Assembly: GCA_964106915.2 (NCBI GenBank)
Contig: OZ066922.1
Source of the DNA: Podarcis gaigeae
Lineage: Eukaryota
DNA: 64,000 nucleotides
Reading direction: 5' to 3' (one strand)
Below are positions 62,101 through 64,000 of the stretch, piece after piece. How positions within the stretch are numbered: position 1 is the first letter of the stretch; each line of letters opens with the position of its first letter. A model generated the notes under the pieces. It saw only the letters and a list, made by a program, of their open reading frames with translations, was not told where the DNA came from and did not search any database. Made by a program: the position numbers and the translations under genes.

Positions 62101-64000
62101 CAACAGGGTGACGGGAAGAACCGGAAGGGGATATACCCCTGTCTGTCATTTTCTGTGATGGTCTCGATGCAGCTAAGATTGATTCTTCCATTTCTGACAC
62201 TTGGGAGTAAATGAAAATAATTTTGCACAACAAGCTAAAACATTTACAGATTTATAGTTATAAAAACTCAAGGAAGCTTTAACGTTTGATATCAGGTAGG
62301 CAACTTCACTGTATTCCTTACAGCACCTGCTGAAGACATTCTTATTTAGACAAGTCTACCCAGATGTTTAGAAAGTCAGCAGGAGTTTTAATTTGTTTTA
62401 GTCTGTTTTATTGCATTTTTTACCTGTGTGTTTTAAATTACAGCTGTAATTTTTTTTAGTGATAATTTTAATGTTTTACCTTTTGGGATAAACAAAGCAG
62501 TTGAGTTTGAGTTTTTTCCTACGATAATCAAGTGGTATGTAAATTGTATTTTTTTAAAAATTAGCACATAATGTTTTATGCTTTTAGACCCTATATATTC
62601 ACTGAACAAAGTATGGGTTGTTGCTGTAATTACTGCTATGCAGAGTAAGCCCCATGAAATTAATGGTCATGACTAATTGGCATCTATTAATTTCAGTGGG
62701 TTTACTCATAGGTAACATAGGTTAGGAAACCATGGCAGGAAAAAGGAGTCAAGAAAACTTAGGACTGTTATTAAGTACGTATACTATGTACTTCTGAACA
62801 AAAAGTTTCTGCACTTTCTTTTTACTATGAGCAAAAAAATGAGTAACAAAGTGTACTTTTTGTCCTTCAGTCAACCACTGTCTAAGTAAGCAGAAAAGAA
62901 AAAAATATGTAAGCCACAAAAGTCATTAAAATAAAATGCAGGGCTCATGTTGCTCTATCAGTGACTTCTAGATGATCAGCTCACTCCCTATCATATTAAG
63001 AACAATTAATATCAGACTAAGACCATCAGAGGAACAACAAATAGCATTCACCAGTATAAAAGAAAGATGCCTCGGTCGTGCACTGAAAATTATTTATGGT
63101 CCAACATGTTTCAAGTTTTCTAGACCGTACAGAAACCCTTTAAGTTACCTTTTGAAAGTTTTAAATTTGTTGCCTCTGAAGAAGCACAAGATGCAAATTG
63201 TTTGGTATACGGCTTTAGTCAGAGACTAAAGTGACATAAAAAACCTGATAAATTCATTAATATATGGTATTGCTTTATTCAATACTTAAGTAATCAGGAC
63301 CATCCAAAGTCTCAACCAGCCACACAAGGACAGTTATGGATTGACCTTCTGAGATTACTTGTGAAATGGAAAAAGAAATACAATGCAACATAGAAAATGT
63401 AAAAACAAATACAAACAAGTAAACTAGTTAACTTTGGTTACCTGACACTTTCTAGGGGTAATGGGTTCTTGTTACTGCTCTTTTTGTAAAAAAAAATGTA
63501 ACGTATGAATACCTTGAAATCCAGGGCATGTAGCATATGTTTGTATAGTGGAAAATCATAAATTAAAGTTTTTCAATGCATCTTTGAGGTCACCTTCCTT
63601 CTACTTTTGATACGAACTCTACTGCTTGCATCCAAGGTATCCTGATTAAGTTCTATTTTCTCTTTCAAAATGATAACAGCTGCCATTTTCAACAGTTTGA
63701 AACATAATAGGGACAAAGTTGGCACTTACATGACTGCTTTAACTGTTCATCAGCCTTCTGGGGATAAATTGGATGCCACACATAGTCAATTGTGAGCATA
63801 ATGCTTGGTACAGTCCAGCATTCAACCCAGCCAGCCCTTAAAAGAAAATAAAAGATTTTTGTAATAGCTGACTGCTTTATTAACCATTTTATAACACTGA
63901 AAGAAAACACAGGAACCTAGACGAATAGTAACACATTAGCTCCTGGTTACATTTTTGTATTTAGTAAGAGAAAGAGAACTCACTCTTCTTGAGTCAAGTT
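216..64000 (-). CDS. BLTP1: BLTP1/KIAA1109 bridge-like lipid transfer protein, internal portion (60 coding exons, 5' and 3' ends outside the window)
   Basis: Spliced translation gives recognisable KIAA1109 sequence (AGWVECWTVPS..., LKRQASVCSTRLGSTKSLTAAFYGDKQ, VLFWLNYKAAYDNWNEQRMAL, AFPRAWYRRSIARRLFLG). All junctions are GT-AG with matching phases; summed length 11173 nt. Confidence 0.98.
2355..2534 (-). CDS. BLTP1: BLTP1 exon 59 (NVDEEPSS...INIS)
   Basis: CAG/GTATTT, 180 nt. Confidence 0.93.
2964..3167 (-). CDS. BLTP1: BLTP1 exon 58 (SSPGLGSP...SGSL)
   Basis: TAG/GTAATT, 204 nt. Confidence 0.93.
3750..3938. mobile_element. hAT element remnant
   Basis: ATGCGGCCCGC...ATCCGGCCC subterminal motifs and end TGGCCCTCTTTGAAAAAAGTTTGGGCACAACTG; boundaries approximate. 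Confidence 0.6.
4031..4165 (-). mobile_element. Short retroelement with CR1-type 3' tail
   Basis: TAGAATCATAGAAT...GAGTTGGAAGGGACC...GTCATCTAGTCTAACCCC, the reverse complement of the CR1 tail; related pieces near 15500-15563, 18138-18225, 30795-30860 and 36060-36105. Confidence 0.75.
4358..4538 (-). CDS. BLTP1: BLTP1 exon 57 (PSQIKFSC...TVSP)
   Basis: CAG/GTAAAA, 181 nt. Confidence 0.93.
5189..5328 (-). CDS. BLTP1: BLTP1 exon 56 (VTSQDEDM...VRVQ)
   Basis: TAG/GTGAGG, 140 nt. Confidence 0.93.
5437..5598 (-). CDS. BLTP1: BLTP1 exon 55 (KGKGSGGV...RNYA)
   Basis: CAG/GTATCA, 162 nt. Confidence 0.93.
7317..7494 (-). CDS. BLTP1: BLTP1 exon 54 (LHYNSKML...PLPS)
   Basis: CAG/GTAGAG, 178 nt. Confidence 0.93.
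8729..8909 (-). CDS. BLTP1: BLTP1 exon 53 (SYDRSSRS...VDVK)
   Basis: TAG/GTAAAA, 181 nt. Confidence 0.94.
9022..9245. repeat. Old hairpin-type interspersed repeat (similar copies about 18841-19121, 22580-22780, 53730-53900, 57280-57440)
   Basis: GGTTGGATTCAG / CTGGATCCAAGCC inverted ends; shared CCCCAAATCTGCTC-like core among the copies. Confidence 0.5.
9904..10119 (-). CDS. BLTP1: BLTP1 exon 52 (TLSRKKAT...ISLR)
   Basis: CAG/GTAAGA, 216 nt. Confidence 0.94.
10291..10424. mobile_element. hAT (Tip100-like) MITE
   Basis: TAAGATTACCAGAT / ATCTGGTAACCTTA TIRs, perfect 8-bp TSD TTCTAGAG. Confidence 0.85.
10905..11149 (-). CDS. BLTP1: BLTP1 exon 51 (FPEETELD...YRKA)
   Basis: TAG/GTGAGC, 245 nt. 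Confidence 0.93.
12459..12521 (-). CDS. BLTP1: BLTP1 exon 50, 63-nt symmetric (phase 0-0) alternative cassette, LNKTVLGIAQQSSLPGEGYFQ
   Basis: Pyrimidine tract plus TAAG acceptor, CAG|GTATTT donor, 21 open codons in frame. Confidence 0.75.
12989..13079 (-). CDS. BLTP1: BLTP1 exon 49 (TRLGESED...IQDT)
   Basis: TAG/GTAAGA, 91 nt. Confidence 0.92.
13677..13786 (-). CDS. BLTP1: BLTP1 exon 48 (AASLKDKW...MDRA)
   Basis: TAG/GTAAGG, 110 nt. Confidence 0.93.
15291..15414 (-). CDS. BLTP1: BLTP1 exon 47 (KLGASEGT...SSMR)
   Basis: CAG/GTGAGC, 124 nt. Confidence 0.93.
15767..15897 (-). CDS. BLTP1: BLTP1 exon 46 (ENADYRRQ...IDDL)
   Basis: TAG/GTAAGT, 131 nt. Confidence 0.92.
16093..16293 (-). CDS. BLTP1: BLTP1 exon 45, 201-nt symmetric (phase 0-0) alternative cassette, KSEGGPLCGDVHKLTFGQRIVNHLLGLSPKSHRHSVPVEYL...CSWGH
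   Basis: TTTAG acceptor, CAT|GTATGT donor, 67 open codons in the required frame. Confidence 0.85.
16645..16780. mobile_element. Degraded hAT-type palindromic MITE
   Basis: ACTACAACTCCCATCATTCC ... GCTGATGGGAATTG core and imperfect TIRs. Confidence 0.75.
17305..17531 (-). CDS. BLTP1: BLTP1 exon 44 (SNSAGTWT...PAVSV)
   Basis: CAG/GTTAGT, 227 nt. Confidence 0.9.
17826..18051 (+). mobile_element. Tc1/mariner-type MITE, family A copy 1
   Basis: TIR CAGTGGTACCTCGGGTTA ... TAACCCGAGGTACCACTG, flanked by TA. Confidence 0.9.
18231..18455 (+). mobile_element. Tc1/mariner-type MITE, family A copy 2
   Basis: Nearly identical to 17826-18051, same orientation, TA flanks. Confidence 0.9.
18652..18711 (-). 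CDS. BLTP1: BLTP1 exon 43 (VVPDGTYEVCSRTTGQAAA)
   Basis: TAG/GTAAGA, 60 nt. Confidence 0.93.
19842..20040 (-). CDS. BLTP1: BLTP1 exon 42 (SNHTADLD...VMNA)
   Basis: CAG/GTAAGC, 199 nt. Confidence 0.93.
20149..20186 (+). repeat. (AC)n microsatellite
   Basis: Direct reading. Confidence 0.95.
21796..22007 (-). CDS. BLTP1: BLTP1 exon 41 (VLFWLNYK...NTPQ)
   Basis: AAG/GTATTA, 212 nt. Confidence 0.94.
22295..22463 (-). CDS. BLTP1: BLTP1 exon 40 (VYEEAGSD...AFDR)
   Basis: AAG/GTACTA, 169 nt. Confidence 0.93.
22879..23064 (-). CDS. BLTP1: BLTP1 exon 39 (GIQVTATT...VKHQ)
   Basis: TAG/GTGAGT, 186 nt. Confidence 0.94.
23364..23461 (-). CDS. BLTP1: BLTP1 exon 38 (GEQPIPLW...LQFK)
   Basis: CAG/GTATGT, 98 nt. 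Confidence 0.92.
24255..24360 (-). CDS. BLTP1: BLTP1 exon 37 (VGSFEHNL...QKVS)
   Basis: CAG/GTAAGC, 106 nt. Confidence 0.94.
24827..25071 (-). CDS. BLTP1: BLTP1 exon 36 (AQTMFTFELP...CVAE)
   Basis: CAG/GTATGT, 245 nt. Confidence 0.94.
25283..25494. mobile_element. Tc1/mariner (Tc2-like) MITE
   Basis: TA-CCATATTGGCCCGAATATAAGC ... GCTTATATTCAGGCCAAACAG-TA imperfect TIRs. Confidence 0.7.
25984..26222 (-). CDS. BLTP1: BLTP1 exon 35 (AQPTKEDI...HGMT)
   Basis: Acceptor A15-TAG, donor GTAACA, 239 nt. Confidence 0.9.
26367..26573 (-). CDS. BLTP1: BLTP1 exon 34 (TVVKCSIA...QPTV)
   Basis: TAG/GTGAGT, 207 nt. Confidence 0.93.
27632..28432. mobile_element. Degraded hAT-like element
   Basis: hAT-like ends (CAAAGGTGGTGAATCTC / TTTGCCCACCCC) and internal inverted similarity; boundaries approximate. 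Confidence 0.45.
28453..28712. mobile_element. GC-rich non-autonomous hAT element
   Basis: Termini CAGTGGCGGAG / CTCTGCCCCTG, perfect 8-bp TSD CTTTCCAT. Confidence 0.85.
29026..29161. mobile_element. hAT-type palindromic MITE (136 bp)
   Basis: TIR CAGGCTTCCTCAACCTC / GAGGTTGAGGAAGCCTG, perfect 8-bp TSD ATCTAAGT. Confidence 0.92.
29837..29887 (-). CDS. BLTP1: BLTP1 exon 33, 51-nt symmetric (phase 2-2) cassette, LEDFPTSPTSTAKQEF
   Basis: TAG/GTATGT. Missed by the ORF track. Peptide matches my recollection of human KIAA1109. Confidence 0.9.
31438..31531 (-). CDS. BLTP1: BLTP1 exon 32 (VLHQKMTE...TPNI)
   Basis: AAG/GTGAGT, 94 nt. Confidence 0.93.
31666..31881. mobile_element. hAT (Charlie-like) non-autonomous element
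   Basis: CAGGGGTTGTCAAC / GTTGGCAACTCCTG TIRs, TSD TTCTAGAA/TGCTAGAA. Confidence 0.8.
32180..32425 (-). CDS. BLTP1: BLTP1 exon 31 (VRSPTEPA...EKMK)
   Basis: TAG/GTAGAA, 246 nt. Confidence 0.94.
32673..33379 (-). CDS. BLTP1: BLTP1 exon 30 (QGAVNLPP...FYPA)
   Basis: TAG/GTAAGA, 707 nt. Confidence 0.95.
33640..33838. mobile_element. Tigger-like MITE, related family
   Basis: TA-CAGTTGTACCT ... AGGTACGACTG-TA termini. Confidence 0.8.
33866..33914 (+). repeat. Short tandem duplication GCTGACAC(C)CTTCAACTCTTAACTA x2
   Basis: Direct reading. Confidence 0.85.
34064..34239 (-). CDS. BLTP1: BLTP1 exon 29 (VVFKPLLS...KRAR)
   Basis: TAG/GTATAG, 176 nt. Confidence 0.93.
35533..35708 (-). CDS. BLTP1: BLTP1 exon 28 (VAPNLPTI...ADAQ)
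   Basis: TAG/GTGAGT, 176 nt. Confidence 0.93.
36382..36620 (-). mobile_element. CR1 LINE 3' fragment
   Basis: TAGAATCATAGAATTGTAGCATTGGAAGAGAC...GACAGATGACCATCCAACCTCTGCTTTAAAACCTC. Confidence 0.75.
36792..36950 (-). CDS. BLTP1: BLTP1 exon 27 (NTMPSEML...SLPT)
   Basis: TAG/GTACTG, 159 nt. Confidence 0.92.
37179..37360 (-). mobile_element. Sauria SINE, 5' half
   Basis: Reverse strand reads GGGAGCAGGTGGTGCTGTGGTCAAAACCACTGAGCCTCTTGGGCTTGCCGATTGGAAGGTCGGCGGTTTGAATCC...CTGCCAACCTAGCAGTTC. Confidence 0.85.
37737..37956 (-). CDS. BLTP1: BLTP1 exon 26 (GIHPYHSL...LTRA)
   Basis: CAG/GTACAG, 220 nt. Confidence 0.93.
38401..38549 (-). CDS. BLTP1: BLTP1 exon 25 (TVSEHTML...LKIK)
   Basis: CAG/GTAAAA, 149 nt. 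Confidence 0.93.
40503..40743 (-). CDS. BLTP1: BLTP1 exon 24 (SDGLPALV...EFDA)
   Basis: TAG/GTATCT, 241 nt. Confidence 0.94.
41112..41264 (-). CDS. BLTP1: BLTP1 exon 23 (NKSIHFPLRS...DATM)
   Basis: CAG/GTAAGC, 153 nt. Confidence 0.93.
42350..42500 (-). CDS. BLTP1: BLTP1 exon 22 (QLNLLSTA...EALE)
   Basis: CAG/GTGGGT, 151 nt. Confidence 0.93.
43222..43373 (-). CDS. BLTP1: BLTP1 exon 21 (DEGVESDDLKK...HIFS)
   Basis: TAG/GTACGG, 152 nt. Confidence 0.92.
43725..43936 (-). CDS. BLTP1: BLTP1 exon 20 (GRQSGAVL...SDEQ)
   Basis: TAG/GTGAGA, 212 nt, preceded by an 86-nt intron. Confidence 0.93.
44023..44220 (-). CDS. BLTP1: BLTP1 exon 19 (IGTCAITA...LTIK)
   Basis: CAG/GTAAAG, 198 nt. Confidence 0.94.
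44480..44682 (-). CDS. BLTP1: BLTP1 exon 18 (GIVEENPNS...LDTA)
   Basis: AAG/GTAAAC, 203 nt. Confidence 0.92.
45154..45281 (-). CDS. BLTP1: BLTP1 exon 17 (VNLCLLQAS...VRMN)
   Basis: TAG/GTAAGG, 128 nt. Confidence 0.93.
45605..45748 (-). CDS. BLTP1: BLTP1 exon 16 (LSSKQDIRG...SLPK)
   Basis: CAG/GTAACA, 144 nt. Confidence 0.92.
46035..46155 (-). CDS. BLTP1: BLTP1 exon 15 (YIEAMVHC...FSEN)
   Basis: CAG/GTATGT, 121 nt. Confidence 0.93.
46252..46579 (-). mobile_element. 5'-truncated non-LTR (L1-like) retro-insertion, 3' UTR only
   Basis: 15-bp TSD ATTAGCTTACCTTTT at 46237-46251 and 46580-46594; AATAAA near the 3' end on the minus strand; TT/AAAA target. Confidence 0.75.
47352..47566 (+). mobile_element. 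tRNA-derived squamate SINE (Squam3-like), internally deleted
   Basis: Head AGCCAGTGTGGTGTAGTGGTTAAGAGC (A box), B box GGTTTGATTCC, tail AAAGCGGGATATCAAATCCAAACTCTT. Confidence 0.8.
47699..49405 (+). mobile_element. Possible solo LTR-like repeat interrupted by the 1.3 kb mariner element
   Basis: TG...CA candidate termini, TATA-rich stretch and AATAAA just before the TA insertion site; no clean TSD. Confidence 0.35.
47986..49296. mobile_element. Non-autonomous Tc1/mariner (pogo/Tigger-like) element, 1.3 kb, with internal GC-rich palindromic repeat array
   Basis: TIRs CAGTGGTGCCTCGCAAGACGAA and TTCGTCTTGCGGGGCACCACTG, TA target duplication on both sides, no transposase ORF. Confidence 0.9.
49572..49745 (-). 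CDS. BLTP1: BLTP1 exon 14 (NPYTPLDK...EALD)
   Basis: TAG/GTATTT, 174 nt. Confidence 0.93.
50993..51234 (-). mobile_element. Tc1/mariner-type MITE, family A copy 3 (reverse orientation)
   Basis: Reverse complement of the family A core (AATGGGGCCTCC...TTCTGTTCTCATCCTGAAGCAAAG), TA flanks. Confidence 0.9.
51532..51602 (-). CDS. BLTP1: BLTP1 exon 13 (IVKQGLTANALLDRGMQFTGSTS)
   Basis: TAG/GTGAGT, 71 nt. Confidence 0.92.
51835..51980 (+). mobile_element. SINE with tRNA-like head and CR1-type tail
   Basis: GGTTCAAGCCC B-box-like motif followed by ACTAGATGATG...TTCCAACTATACAATTCTATG. Confidence 0.7.
52501..53344 (-). CDS. BLTP1: BLTP1 exon 12 (SAAEGSES...VPTFK), largest exon in the window
   Basis: TAG/GTAAAA, 844 nt, inside the 294-aa ORF. 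Confidence 0.95.
53999..54254 (-). CDS. BLTP1: BLTP1 exon 11 (KANGIKRK...DAHG)
   Basis: TAG/GTGAAT, 256 nt. Confidence 0.92.
54700..54950 (-). CDS. BLTP1: BLTP1 exon 10 (LWFLWPDD...KIMD)
   Basis: TAG/GTAATT, 251 nt. Confidence 0.94.
55193..55330. mobile_element. hAT-type palindromic MITE
   Basis: TIR CAGCGGTTCTCAACCTGTG / CACAGGTTGAGAACTGCTG, TSD TTCTAAAG/CTCTAAAG, same ACTACAACTCCCATCATCCC core. Confidence 0.9.
55655..55935 (-). CDS. BLTP1: BLTP1 exon 9 (MGAVRLANC...NRTK)
   Basis: TAG/GTAAGA, 281 nt. Confidence 0.94.
56171..56290 (-). CDS. BLTP1: BLTP1 exon 8 (ISCISGPCP...TNIK)
   Basis: TAG/GTAGGT, 120 nt. Confidence 0.93.
56842..56970 (-). CDS. BLTP1: BLTP1 exon 7 (LACLLEWG...CEAK)
   Basis: CAG/GTAAAG, 129 nt. 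Confidence 0.94.
57750..57975 (+). mobile_element. Tc1/mariner-type MITE, family A copy 4
   Basis: Same TIRs and core CTTTGCTTCAGGATGAGAACAGAAATCGTGC, TA flanks. Confidence 0.9.
58596..58623 (+). repeat. (TTTC)n microsatellite
   Basis: Direct reading. Confidence 0.9.
59161..59337 (-). CDS. BLTP1: BLTP1 exon 6 (RPSVDEVLREG...TVPQ)
   Basis: CAG/GTATGC, 177 nt. Confidence 0.92.
59685..59884. other. Assembly gap (200 N)
   Basis: Run of exactly 200 N in the intron between exons 5 and 6. Confidence 0.99.
60047..60184 (-). CDS. BLTP1: BLTP1 exon 5 (HCNSEGPEC...DNYQ)
   Basis: CAG/GTAACG, 138 nt. Confidence 0.92.
61252..61479 (-). CDS. BLTP1: BLTP1 exon 4 (ENYFGEDD...GRLPV)
   Basis: CAG/GTAAGT, 228 nt. 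Confidence 0.94.
61994..62199 (-). CDS. BLTP1: BLTP1 exon 3 (LSEMEE...FLSIK)
   Basis: AG/GTATGA, 206 nt. Confidence 0.93.
63730..63836 (-). CDS. BLTP1: BLTP1 exon 2 (AGWVECW...LKQS)
   Basis: AG acceptor, GTAAGT donor, 107 nt. Confidence 0.93.
63984..64000 (-). CDS. BLTP1: BLTP1 exon 1 (partial, NLTQE)
   Basis: Donor GA|GTGAGT, phase 2, matches the next exon. Confidence 0.75.

Overview
Vertebrate genomic DNA, AT-rich and intron-rich. The repeat content (Sauria/Squam SINEs, CR1 tails, Tc1/mariner and hAT MITEs) points to a squamate reptile, probably a lacertid lizard; this is an inference. The whole window lies inside one minus-strand gene, BLTP1 (KIAA1109, bridge-like lipid transfer protein family member 1, Tweek/LPD-3/Csf1 orthologue). 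I traced 60 GT-AG coding exons by eye, numbered in transcript order within this window. They run from 64000 (partial) to 216, total about 11.2 kb or about 3,720 codons, with consistent splice phases. Start and stop codons lie outside the window. Three exons (51, 201 and 63 nt) are frame-preserving cassettes with splicing-regulator motifs nearby. Introns hold many short transposon copies and a 200-N assembly gap. I found no prokaryote-type system such as CRISPR or a defence island, and no clearly new biological system. The best leads are RNA-level: a 1.3 kb mariner-type element with a large CpG-rich internal palindrome, an inverted MITE pair bracketing seven exons (circRNA candidate), a splice acceptor with A15 directly before the AG, a retro-insertion that duplicated a perfect 5' splice site, and a cluster of cryptic exon signals in intron 5599-7316. 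Comparisons with human BLTP1 are from memory and need alignment.
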